Source: a virus
Length of the DNA: 64,000 nt
Direction: 5' to 3' (one strand)
Virus record (IMG/VR): IMGVR_UViG_3300046697_000072
Below the pieces are notes generated by a model. That model was not told where the DNA came from. It was given only the letters and a program-made list of their open reading frames with translations, and did not search any database. Below, one piece after another: positions 16,577 to 24,872 of this stretch. The number at the start of each line of letters is the position of its first letter. The stretch's first letter is position 1. The position numbers were made by a program, and so were the translations under genes.

Positions 16577-19128
16577 TGCACCTTCACTCCCTTGCAGAGG
16601 ATGCACTGCTTTATAGGCGACGCGCCGGCCCCTTCCGTGATCTGGTAGACGTGCGCTCCGTATGCGCCGAATGAATCCGTGAACGTGGAACCACTTGGCG
16701 TGATCGTGCGGCTCTCGTTGTAGACTGTCACGGTCGAAATCGGAGCGTGCCAGGTGAATGTCGGGGCCACTGTCCCGCTGGTGGTGTTGCTGGCGATCAA
16801 GGTCGGAGTCGCCCCGGACTTTACGCGCGTGTGGACGGTGGCCGTATCGTTGCTAGTCAGTTTGGTATTGTCATCCAACGCGGCGAGAGGAGTGGCTAAA
16901 CCATCGATCTCTCCTATGACGTTCTTCAAATTGGTCCAGTTTGCAATCCATGTTGCATTTTGTAGACTTCGAACGGTTCCATCGAACGATCCAGAGAAGG
17001 CCGATGAGTTCACGGGTATAGTGAATGTATTGGCATCTATGACCGTAGGCCGGTAGCTCTGATCGTTCATGGCAGACCAGCTACCAGTCGCGCCGTAAGT
17101 ATAGACGTAGCTAAAATCAGCAGTCAATCCGTGCCCAGGGATAGTAAACGTCGTTACCGCTCCCTTGGTCACAGTGTCTAGTGCTGCATTCGTATCATCG
17201 ACAGGCGTCCCCGTCCCAAACACTAAGTGCCCGTTGAATGTACCAGCGAAACCGGTAGAGTTTACTGGAACGGTGATATTGGATGAACTAGACGTAGCGG
17301 TAATCGTCTGCGCTCCATTCAGCGCAGTCCAATCTCCCGTAGCCCCGGTGATTGTGGCGCTGCACGTCCCCCCGCACTGCGGATGCCAAGGCGAAATAAT
17401 AGTCGTTGGAGACCCAGGAGTCACAGACGTAATACCGCCTAGTTCCGTAAAGATAGAACTCAACTGCCCCGCAGACCAGTACATCAATCCATTGGCTCCG
17501 TCTGCTACTGCCATGTAGCTCATATCTCGCAGTTCGGCCTGTGTGGGCCATCTAATAGTTCCAGTAAACTGGAAGTACTGAATAACAGTCATTACTGGGC
17601 GTGATGATTGAACCGCTGACATTGCAGCAGTTGTCCATGTGCTCACTTCGTTGAGTGGGTAGCCAGATCCTTCGGCTCCAAACAGGGGGTACGGATCGGT
17701 AGCCAAAATATCCACGGTATCTCTCCACAGGGGTAGAGAGGAGTCCCCCAACTGAGCTCCGAGTATGGCCGCTCCTGGTGCCAACCTATCAGTGCGGGCC
17801 TTCGTCGCAAACGTGGTGGCTGCCACCGATGCGGCGCATTCGTCTGTACGATAGATTCCCCAAAACCCAGGCATTGCCGCCCGCGCTTCTATCTCCGCGT
17901 CTGACCCGATGTACCAAAAAAAGCTCGAACCTGGGATGCTGGTGGTTACGCAGTTATCTGTTTCTATCCACCCCACACCACTACCGTAAGTCTGGAGAGC
18001 TGCAATGAATGGGGAGGCTGCCAAGTTTGCCAAGTCTCCCATCCAGTAATTCAAATAGAGATTCACTCCCGTGAGCCCAGACAACTCTATCGTGCTATTC
18101 AATTGGTTCAGGAAAAAGGATTCTGAGGTGCTGTACCCGCCCCCTGAGTCATACAACCCCAACATGAACGTCGGCACACCGTTTTTCAAAATTCTCTGAT
18201 TCTGGTCTGCGCTTGTCTGGAATCCGGTGCGCGTGCTCCCTGGGTATTTGTAGATCGAGTAGTATGGATACTGATTGTTGGAACTTGCGTTTCCTCCACT
18301 GGAAGTCTGAGTCAACTGAAACGACACACGGTACTCAGTGGACTCCGAGAGTGCGGCCATGTCAAAGGTTGCCGTGGTGCTGGCTAACGCGGGCCACGAT
18401 CCCGCCAGAACTGTGGTTCCATCCGCTGTCTTGATTGTGCCATCAACCGTGTAGTCAGAAAGCGTCAAGTCTGTTGGATACATCCCCTGTGATGGATTTG
18501 GGACCACACTGAAAGTTGTGATCTGTGATTGATCGTCAAACAGCATCCCCTTCCAATTCGGGTACTGCATGAAGACAGAGATCGGCCTCTGCTCTTGGGT
18601 AAGTACTACATCATCGAACCAAGCCGTTCCGCTGGTGCCATTGTAGGCTGCCTCAAGACTCACTTGGATCTGAGCCGCGCTGCCCAAGGATAACCCCGGA
18701 AGAAGTATCTCGGTCCAATCATTTGTCCCCGTTAACGCTGGCGAGGAAGTCCAGATCAATGCGTAAGGAAATGACGGAGGAGCAAATACGCTCACTCGCA
18801 CTCCATTTCCCGTTATTGAGCTAGTCTTTACCCACACGCTCAAGTCATACACTCCTGCTGGCTGTGTGGAGATAGTCTGCTGAAGATTCACAACAGACCC
18901 GGAGAGGACCATCTTGGCGCTGTATGTACCAGTGTGTGCGTAATCACTAGCCACAGTAATGGCCCCCCCTCCGCCAGTCCAACCCGTGAAGTCCCCAGAC
19001 TCTAATCCAGGATTGGATAGAAGGTTGGAGCTAGGAACTGCTGCGGGATAGGAAGACAGTCCGCCGGGAGTCTGTGCCAAAGCAGTGCTAGCAAGCGCCA
19101 GAAAACACAGTAATTGTTTCATAGTCAT
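16573..19128 (-). CDS. Secreted-type CBM (CBM4/9-like) plus glycoside-hydrolase-like depolymerase/fibre (851 aa)
   Basis: N-terminus MTMKQLLCFLALASTALAQ-TPGG. Then NPGLESGDFTGWTGGG...HTGTYSAKM...WFDDVVL, the typical CBM4_9 pattern. Confidence 0.7.
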   Translation of the reverse strand: MTMKQLLCFLALASTALAQTPGGLSSYPAAVPSSNLLSNPGLESGDFTGWTGGGGAITVASDYAHTGTYSAKMVLSGSVVNLQQTISTQPAGVYDLSVWVKTSSITGNGVRVSVFAPPSFPYALIWTSSPALTGTNDWTEILLPGLSLGSAAQIQVSLEAAYNGTSGTAWFDDVVLTQEQRPISVFMQYPNWKGMLFDDQSQITTFSVVPNPSQGMYPTDLTLSDYTVDGTIKTADGTTVLAGSWPALASTTATFDMAALSESTEYRVSFQLTQTSSGGNASSNNQYPYYSIYKYPGSTRTGFQTSADQNQRILKNGVPTFMLGLYDSGGGYSTSESFFLNQLNSTIELSGLTGVNLYLNYWMGDLANLAASPFIAALQTYGSGVGWIETDNCVTTSIPGSSFFWYIGSDAEIEARAAMPGFWGIYRTDECAASVAATTFATKARTDRLAPGAAILGAQLGDSSLPLWRDTVDILATDPYPLFGAEGSGYPLNEVSTWTTAAMSAVQSSRPVMTVIQYFQFTGTIRWPTQAELRDMSYMAVADGANGLMYWSAGQLSSIFTELGGITSVTPGSPTTIISPWHPQCGGTCSATITGATGDWTALNGAQTITATSSSSNITVPVNSTGFAGTFNGHLVFGTGTPVDDTNAALDTVTKGAVTTFTIPGHGLTADFSYVYTYGATGSWSAMNDQSYRPTVIDANTFTIPVNSSAFSGSFDGTVRSLQNATWIANWTNLKNVIGEIDGLATPLAALDDNTKLTSNDTATVHTRVKSGATPTLIASNTTSGTVAPTFTWHAPISTVTVYNESRTITPSGSTFTDSFGAYGAHVYQITEGAGASPIKQCILCKGVKVQ

Positions 19129-19138
19129 TGTCTCATGG

Positions 19139-19885
19139 TCAGGGGTGTATGGTTATGATAATCCCGCCACCAGTTACACTGCGATCTCCGGTCGCCGTTG
19201 CGGTATAAGCTGCCTTAGCTGATACCGCTGCGGTCTCCAACAGCACGTTTCCGGGATTAGTGGGGCTCCGTTGCTGAAAACTAATGGGCGAAGATTCTGG
19301 AGTAAAGTTTATGCACCACGGGTAATCTGGCTGGACCGCAGACAAAACCGCCACTAATGCTTCATTTGTGTAGCTGGTGGTTGCTGTGGTTCCAGTCGTG
19401 TACGTGGAAGTTGCCACAAAGGTGCTGGTGGCATACAAATCAACCGGCGATGCGGACGCCCCGCTATACTCTATGACGTTTGTTATGTAGTTTGAGTTTG
19501 TGCCGCTACAGAAAATAGACACCGTAGTAGCCCCAGTAGTTGCTACGCTTGCCCACCACGCGGCGGTCTCAGTGACGCCGGAAGTGTCCAGGTAGTCAAC
19601 AATCAAATGCCAAGTCACAGCATTCGGCGTATTTGAAACCGTAAAACTAGAGCAGGTCGAGCTTGTGACGGCTCCGAAGACAAATAGTTTATAGCCGGCA
19701 GTGGGCGAGTAGCTAACGCTATCGCTGTAAGCCGACACGGAATGTGATGCGCTTCCCACGTAGGCTGGAGCTGCTGAATCGGCCGCCGTCTGATACATCC
19801 CCGGCCCCGGAAACGGGAACATCTGAAACATCGGCCCCAGGAGGGCGCGAAGCATTAGAGTTGCGATTGCGATTGTGCTGGTCAT
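19139..19885 (-). CDS. Fibre-associated protein (248 aa) with hydrophobic N-terminus
   Basis: Track ORF 19139..19984. ATG 19885 forms an ATGA overlap with the upstream stop. N-terminus MTSTIAIATLMLRALLG.... Confidence 0.6.
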   Translation of the reverse strand: MTSTIAIATLMLRALLGPMFQMFPFPGPGMYQTAADSAAPAYVGSASHSVSAYSDSVSYSPTAGYKLFVFGAVTSSTCSSFTVSNTPNAVTWHLIVDYLDTSGVTETAAWWASVATTGATTVSIFCSGTNSNYITNVIEYSGASASPVDLYATSTFVATSTYTTGTTATTSYTNEALVAVLSAVQPDYPWCINFTPESSPISFQQRSPTNPGNVLLETAAVSAKAAYTATATGDRSVTGGGIIITIHP

Positions 19886-21693
19886 CGGGTTACACTCCAA
19901 TTTAAGGTTACTGCTCCTGGAACGATGGCCGTTCCTGTTTTGTTTGCCAGGCGGAAATGCACGTAACCAGCGGTGGGCCACCAATACACAGCCAAGCCGT
20001 CTGTGGTCAGTGCTCCGTAGCCGGTGACCCCGCTAATGTCAGCATTTGGAGTGATGTAAATTGTGTCGGTTGAAACTACTCCGGTTGCAACCACATTCGT
20101 GGCCGTGTCTTGTGCGTTCAGCGCAATTGAGGTTGTGCGAAGCGCCTGCGCTCCAGCAGCGATCCTGATAGGGCTGTTCGGCATGATCCAATCTGTTCCG
20201 TTGTAGTAGAGCAGCACGGGCACGCTAGTTTGAAGTTCGCTTCCCAACAGAGCCGCTCCGTTGTGAAAGATCGGAACCGCGCCCCCTGAGTTGATCGCCA
20301 GCGTCATGGTTGAGGCGTTCACCGCGCCAGGAACGAACCAGATAAAATCCCCGGTGGCGAGCGTGAACGTGGGAGCTAGAGTACAGGTCTGGGCCGACGT
20401 GCTGGAAGACCCCGTGCAGGTCATCGGCACCGTGATGTTATGCGCTGTAGCTGCCACAGGAGCGCCATAGGCCCCAGTCCCAACAAGATTAGCCGAAGCG
20501 GGCACCGCAACCGCAGTAGGGGCAGCCGCGCCGCTGGTGTTGTTCAGCAGTTCGGTGGCGCTGGCCTGTGTTGCTAAATTCGTGAGCGGCACTGTCGGCG
20601 TGCAGGATGTACCGCTCGTGCAGGTTGTTCCGTAAACGCTCACGGTCGGATTCGACTTGTGAACCACGCCCGCGGGGGTGATGTAATCCACCCACTGGTT
20701 ACTCGTGGCACTGGATTCGGGTGCCACCATCGTGCCGGTTAGAACGCTTGAGGCATTTAGGTACTGCGGCATGTGGGCCGTTGAATCCAGATAGACTGTC
20801 GGAACCGTAACCGTAGGAGCGGCCTCTTCCAGTCCCTGCAATAGCAGAGCCGTGCTCGATCCAGTGCTGAACCCTCCATCGGCCTCAATGATTCCGCTGA
20901 CGTTGATGTTCCCTGTCTGCTGTGTGCCAGGAGCAGAGGATTGCAGGTTCACGCCAGCGACAGACCCTGTTGGCACTACGAACGCCGAACCGTTCCACGA
21001 ACACATGGAATAGGTGGGTATCGTGCCGCCACCCGTTGGAGGACATGCCCCGGCTACGGTGGCATCCGTAAACAACATCGTGTCACCGGCAGACGGAGAT
21101 CCGGGCTTGCTCCCGAAAACGCCACGATAAGTGAAGCCTGTGCCGTTCGTGCCCGCTGCACCGTTCGTTCCGTTCGTGCCATTGGTCCCGTTGCTGCCTG
21201 CCGCTCCAGTTGTGCCCATCGCGCCCGTCGTTCCGGTAGCGCCCTGTATGCCTTGGATTCCCTGAATACCTTGCGAACCTGTTGCGCCAGCCGCACCCTG
21301 TGGCCCAACCAACGACGTGCAGGTCCCTGGCCACGCCCCCGCCGCCTTGGGGCCGTACATGCAAGTGGTGTCGGTCTTCAGGTAGAAGTCCCCGTTGTTT
21401 CCCCCGGATGGCGCACCGGTCCCATTGAGGATCGAGTTTCCGTTGGTTCCGTTCGTTCCATTCCCGGCGATGACTTCCCAGGAATAACTTCCTGACCCAA
21501 CTTGGGAGCACCCGTAGAGGCTGGCATTCGCCGCTTGGGTGTTTTTCCGGTAGTAGACCTTCCCTACGTCACTGATGGTTCCACAGCCGCCCGATGGGGC
21601 CCCCGTGCCACTTGTGATCCTCTGTGCCGTCGAAGTGAACTGCGCCAACACCGGGGTGGACAGGAACAGGATTGTTGCCAGTAAGCGTTTCAT
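19882..21693 (-). CDS. Collagen-like-repeat fibre protein with signal peptide (603 aa)
   Basis: ATG 21693 follows GAGGTG. N-terminus MKRLLATILFLSTPVLAQ-FTST. A G-X-Y run, GPQGAAGATGSQGIQGIQGIQGATGTTGAMGTTGAAGSNGTNGTNGTNGAAGTNGTG, lies at about 21136-21306. Confidence 0.75.
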   Translation of the reverse strand: MKRLLATILFLSTPVLAQFTSTAQRITSGTGAPSGGCGTISDVGKVYYRKNTQAANASLYGCSQVGSGSYSWEVIAGNGTNGTNGNSILNGTGAPSGGNNGDFYLKTDTTCMYGPKAAGAWPGTCTSLVGPQGAAGATGSQGIQGIQGIQGATGTTGAMGTTGAAGSNGTNGTNGTNGAAGTNGTGFTYRGVFGSKPGSPSAGDTMLFTDATVAGACPPTGGGTIPTYSMCSWNGSAFVVPTGSVAGVNLQSSAPGTQQTGNINVSGIIEADGGFSTGSSTALLLQGLEEAAPTVTVPTVYLDSTAHMPQYLNASSVLTGTMVAPESSATSNQWVDYITPAGVVHKSNPTVSVYGTTCTSGTSCTPTVPLTNLATQASATELLNNTSGAAAPTAVAVPASANLVGTGAYGAPVAATAHNITVPMTCTGSSSTSAQTCTLAPTFTLATGDFIWFVPGAVNASTMTLAINSGGAVPIFHNGAALLGSELQTSVPVLLYYNGTDWIMPNSPIRIAAGAQALRTTSIALNAQDTATNVVATGVVSTDTIYITPNADISGVTGYGALTTDGLAVYWWPTAGYVHFRLANKTGTAIVPGAVTLNWSVTR

Positions 21694-21700
21694 GGTCACC

Positions 21701-22024
21701 TCACAGGAGCCCGTACAAGTACTGAACGCCGTCCCCGGAATTGTCCAAATCAACGTAGACGGTCCTCAGGTCGTAATCATGAACCGGCCATGCGACACTC
21801 GCATCTCCGGGGTGGATCGGGCATCCGGAGCCGGAAGGGATCGCCCCGGAATCAGCAGCATTGGGGACCCCGCCGATCCGGACTTCTCCGACGTTCGCTA
21901 CCCCGCCTACAACACGGGGAAAGAACGTGATCCATGTTGCCGGGACGGGATTCAGACCCGAGGCTAAAGGAACGGCGGTTCCAGGGGTGGTGGAAGTTTT
22001 GAAGCCGTGATACAGTGCGGCCAT
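21701..22024 (-). CDS. Hypothetical protein (107 aa)
   Basis: Track ORF. GGTGAGG SD before ATG 22024. Upstream member of the fibre operon. Confidence 0.6.
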   Translation of the reverse strand: MAALYHGFKTSTTPGTAVPLASGLNPVPATWITFFPRVVGGVANVGEVRIGGVPNAADSGAIPSGSGCPIHPGDASVAWPVHDYDLRTVYVDLDNSGDGVQYLYGLL

Positions 22025-22091
22025 AGGTATACCTCACCCCGATGCTACACCTTATTTAGCTTGATTTCAAGTGCTTGAGCGGGTAATTCTG

Positions 22092-22247
22092 TCAGGCTGC
22101 GGCTGCGGAGTCCAACGTTGCACAAGCCAACGCCGACTCGGTGTCTTCCCGCTTCTGCTCAGGATCGAACGGGACGGACAGGGCTTCGGCCAGGAGAGTG
22201 ATCTCGTCCTCGTCGTAGTCGAGTTTTCGTAGCCAGTGCCGATCCAT
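22092..22247 (-). CDS. Small acidic ORF (51 aa), absent from the ORF track
   Basis: Hand translation: MDRHWLRKLDYDEDEITLLAEALSVPFDPEQKREDTESALACATLDSAAAA*. First ORF downstream of the promoter at 22272-22299. Confidence 0.4.
   Translation of the reverse strand: MDRHWLRKLDYDEDEITLLAEALSVPFDPEQKREDTESALACATLDSAAAA
22110..22123. repeat. GTSCAACGTTGSAC dyad motif copy
   Basis: GTCCAACGTTGCAC in the last codons of the 51-aa ORF (read as ATLD), about 85 nt upstream of ATG 22024. Confidence 0.9.
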
Positions 22248-22271
22248 ACAAACTACCATCTTGACTACTAG

Positions 22272-22299
22272 GATATACCCACGATCATGTGGTTGTCAA
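22272..22299 (-). promoter_or_regulatory. Sigma-70-type promoter for the fibre operon
   Basis: Minus strand: TTGACA (22299-22294), 16-nt spacer, TATATC (22277-22272). ATG 22247 lies 25 nt downstream. Confidence 0.5.
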
Positions 22300-22330
22300 G
22301 GGGTTTGTGGCGGGAGGGTATTCCGGGAGC

Positions 22331-22369
22331 GGGTGGCATAAGTCTGGGATCGGCCCATTATGCTCACCC
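22331..22369. ncRNA. Strong extended hairpin within a ~240-nt non-coding leader
   Basis: GGGTGGCATAA...TTATGCTCACCC forms 11 bp with one bulge, and an inner TGGG-atcgg-CCCA stem lies within the loop. I see no convincing CDS between 22300 and 22540. Confidence 0.35.
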
Positions 22370-22543
22370 GCCCTATTACACCTACTTGCGTTACGTCGCG
22401 TGAGGTTATCGAACCGGGGTACGGATCATCGCTCGTGTCGAGGGCCACTACCGTTTCGCAAGGGCGCAGAGCCGTGAGGACGCGCTTGCCCGCTAACAGG
22501 GGGACTCCAAAACCGTAGCTCCCCAGATACCCCAGCAAGTACG

Positions 22544-22572
22544 ATTCTACGGCAACCCCGGTTTTATGTCAA
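22544..22572 (-). promoter_or_regulatory. Sigma-70-type leftward promoter (divergent pair)
   Basis: Minus strand: AAAAAACTC-TTGACA (22572-22567), 17-nt spacer, TAGAAT (22549-22544). Confidence 0.7.
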
Positions 22573-22584
22573 GAGTTTTTTCGC

Positions 22585-22614
22585 TTGACAGCGGAAACCG
22601 GGCGGGTGTAGTAT
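22585..22614 (+). promoter_or_regulatory. Sigma-70-type rightward promoter (divergent pair)
   Basis: TTGACA (22585-22590), 18-nt spacer, TAGTAT (22609-22614). Its -35 box is 12 nt from the leftward -35 box. Confidence 0.65.
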
Positions 22615-22739
22615 CGAAGTGTCTGCCGGTCGCGCAAACCGGCAGACACTCTGGGTCCGGGACGGGTCAAGAGTTTCAGTGGGTCCAGCGGGGCGGCTCC
22701 ATACGCCCCGCCCCCACAACCACATGGAGGTGGTTGACG

Positions 22740-23303
22740 ATGCATTCTGACGCTTTGAAATCCTTCAGGGTTGACCTTTCTGAAGATCGACTCGAATCCC
22801 TCTTTGAAGAATTTCTCGTAATGTTCCTGGGGGAATGTAACGAGGAGCCCTCCTTCATTCTGTTCACTGATAAACACCGGCAGAAACTGATCGATCTTGT
22901 TGGTGAGGCATACACGACTTCCCGGCACTACAACCAAATAGCGGAGTGGTCAATTGCTTGGGAAAACGGTAAGGCCGATGCCGACCAGATACTCTCTGTT
23001 TATGTTTTCGACCACTGTAGAACCCTTGAACAGGCAGAGGAACACCTTCGGGAAATGAAGTCTCTCCCGTATGTGGAATTCCTTAAGACGGATTACTGGT
23101 CAATCGTGCGGCGGGCCGTCATACGGATGCACAACGGGAAATGCGGGGTTTGTCTGTCTTCCGACCATCTCCACGTTCATCATAAATCCTACGATCACCA
23201 CGGGGAGGAGCATGAACATCTTGAGGATTTGATCCCATTATGCCGTTCGTGTCACGAAAAGTTTCACAATAAAGTCCCAACTCCCGGAGTATCTGCTCAA
23301 TGA
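22740..23303 (+). CDS. HNH-motif nuclease-like protein (187 aa)
   Basis: GAGGTGG SD before ATG 22740 (track ORF 22566..23303). C-terminal CGVC...HVHHKSY...LIPLCRSCHEKFH. Confidence 0.65.
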   Translation: MHSDALKSFRVDLSEDRLESLFEEFLVMFLGECNEEPSFILFTDKHRQKLIDLVGEAYTTSRHYNQIAEWSIAWENGKADADQILSVYVFDHCRTLEQAEEHLREMKSLPYVEFLKTDYWSIVRRAVIRMHNGKCGVCLSSDHLHVHHKSYDHHGEEHEHLEDLIPLCRSCHEKFHNKVPTPGVSAQ

Positions 23304-24523
23304 AAACCGATGACCCGGTGTTCAAGCTCCTCACGGAGTTTTGCGGGCAGAGTGCCCAGGTCACCATACCAAGGGCGCTCATCTCCCTTACGGGTGACTT
23401 GAAAACCGCGATGGTTCTTTCTCAGGTCGTCTATTGGTCTGGCAAGAAAGACCAGTCTGACGGTTGGTTCTATAAAACTTACGACCAATGGAATGAGGAA
23501 TTAGCGCTTTCCAAGCATGAGGTTTCTAGGGCTGTTGATTGGCTTTCTAGTGAGGGATTAGTTGAGTTCGAAACCCGCAAGGAAGGTGGTGTCCCGAAGC
23601 TCCATTACCACTTTTCGATCTCCGGTTTCCGGAAGTGGATAGTTAAAAAAGGGGAAGTCGATAGTGAAAAAATCGGAGATCTGAACAGCGAAAAACCGGA
23701 AGTCCCTAATAAGGAACAGAAGAATACTCCAGAAGAGTACAAACAGAAGAATACAGAAGAACCTCCGCCGGAGGAAAACGGAACTATAACCGGAATTGAA
23801 AACCAAGAACCTTTTGACCGGGAGGCCCTTCCAAAACTTTTGTGTTCGCGGTTCAAGAGGCTGAGGGGGGTTCGGTCGTTTCCGAAAAGTTGCAGGGATC
23901 TCGTCCAACGTTGCACGGGCATTCTTAATTCGAACTGGTCCGAAGACCAAGTTCTATCTGTGTTCGAGGATTGGGAATCTGAGGAGTTCTGGAGATCCTT
24001 TACCATTGAGCATAAAGTGCATTCATTCTTCAAGTATACCGAGTCTCACTCCCCTCGCCAGAAGACCGAACTACTGGAGCCCCCCGGAGCATCCCCCCAG
24101 CCTGAGATCCCGGTGCTGGTTACGGCAACTCCAGTGGCCCCTGCGATTGATTTCCCGGCCCGGTGGAACGAGCTTGTACCAGCGCGGCCTACGGTTTGGA
24201 ACCAAGCTCGGGATTCATGGCGCGGGGTGGGGGTGTTTTCAGACCCAGAATTTGCAGCCAAATTTGACGACTTGTGCCGCACATGCCAGAAGTTCATCAC
24301 AGCCAAGCCGGATGCAGATTGGGTTCACTTCCGCTGGATGATCGGAGCCAAGGACGGACACCCGAACTGGCACCGGGTAGACAGTGACGAGTTCCATATC
24401 AGCGAGAAGCGCCACGGGTCCGGCATGACCGCTGAAGAGAAAGGCCAGATGACCCGTAATCTAGCCAAACAGATGGAGGAAGAGAATGAAACTCGAAAGA
24501 AAGCAGCCGCTCAGAAGTCTTGA
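23300..24523 (+). CDS. Replication-initiator/organiser-like protein (winged-helix N-terminus)
   Basis: N-terminus ...VTIPRALISLTGDLKTAMVLSQVVYWSGK...GWFYKTYDQWNEELALSKHEVSRAVDWLSSEGLV... resembles phage replication-organiser wHTH domains. It lies just upstream of dnaB. Confidence 0.55.
   Translation: MKTDDPVFKLLTEFCGQSAQVTIPRALISLTGDLKTAMVLSQVVYWSGKKDQSDGWFYKTYDQWNEELALSKHEVSRAVDWLSSEGLVEFETRKEGGVPKLHYHFSISGFRKWIVKKGEVDSEKIGDLNSEKPEVPNKEQKNTPEEYKQKNTEEPPPEENGTITGIENQEPFDREALPKLLCSRFKRLRGVRSFPKSCRDLVQRCTGILNSNWSEDQVLSVFEDWESEEFWRSFTIEHKVHSFFKYTESHSPRQKTELLEPPGASPQPEIPVLVTATPVAPAIDFPARWNELVPARPTVWNQARDSWRGVGVFSDPEFAAKFDDLCRTCQKFITAKPDADWVHFRWMIGAKDGHPNWHRVDSDEFHISEKRHGSGMTAEEKGQMTRNLAKQMEEENETRKKAAAQKS
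23903..23916. repeat. GTSCAACGTTGSAC dyad motif copy
   Basis: GTCCAACGTTGCAC inside the initiator-like gene, read in the third frame (VQRC). Confidence 0.9.
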
Positions 24524-24872
24524 GGACCGCACCACTGATGTCATGAAATCCATCGACAGTCTCTCTTGGATGCCGAAGTACCCGGAAAAACCTGAACACC
24601 TGAAACTCATCGCATCCTGTATCGCGTCATTCTGTGACACCGGGGAGATCAACTACACGGACTTCGACCCGGACGATCCGACGCAAACCAAACCCGGCCC
24701 GATGGCCTGGGGCTGGCAGAAGCCTCTCGATTGGACGGTTAAGCGGGTGGCCGAAACCTGCTACTCGTTCCCGCCTCCCATACGCTGGCGTCAGATCTAC
24801 TGTGAGGGAACCCCGTTCTGGCCGGTGGACGGGAAGACGGCGAACAACCTTCTGGCGGTGATCGAGGCATGA
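24486..24872 (+). CDS. Hypothetical protein (128 aa)
   Basis: Track ORF. GGAGGA SD before ATG 24486. Possibly a helicase-loader position, but I recognise no motif. Confidence 0.55.
   Translation: MKLERKQPLRSLEDRTTDVMKSIDSLSWMPKYPEKPEHLKLIASCIASFCDTGEINYTDFDPDDPTQTKPGPMAWGWQKPLDWTVKRVAETCYSFPPPIRWRQIYCEGTPFWPVDGKTANNLLAVIEA

Noticed and set aside
22396-22430. tRNA-like GGTTCGATAA segment on the minus strand
   Set aside because: I could not build a T-arm stem or a cloverleaf around it.
22296-22538. 80-aa minus-strand ORF in the leader region
   Set aside because: It has a TTG start at or upstream of the predicted transcription start, no SD, and an unremarkable composition. I treat the region as non-coding, with low certainty.
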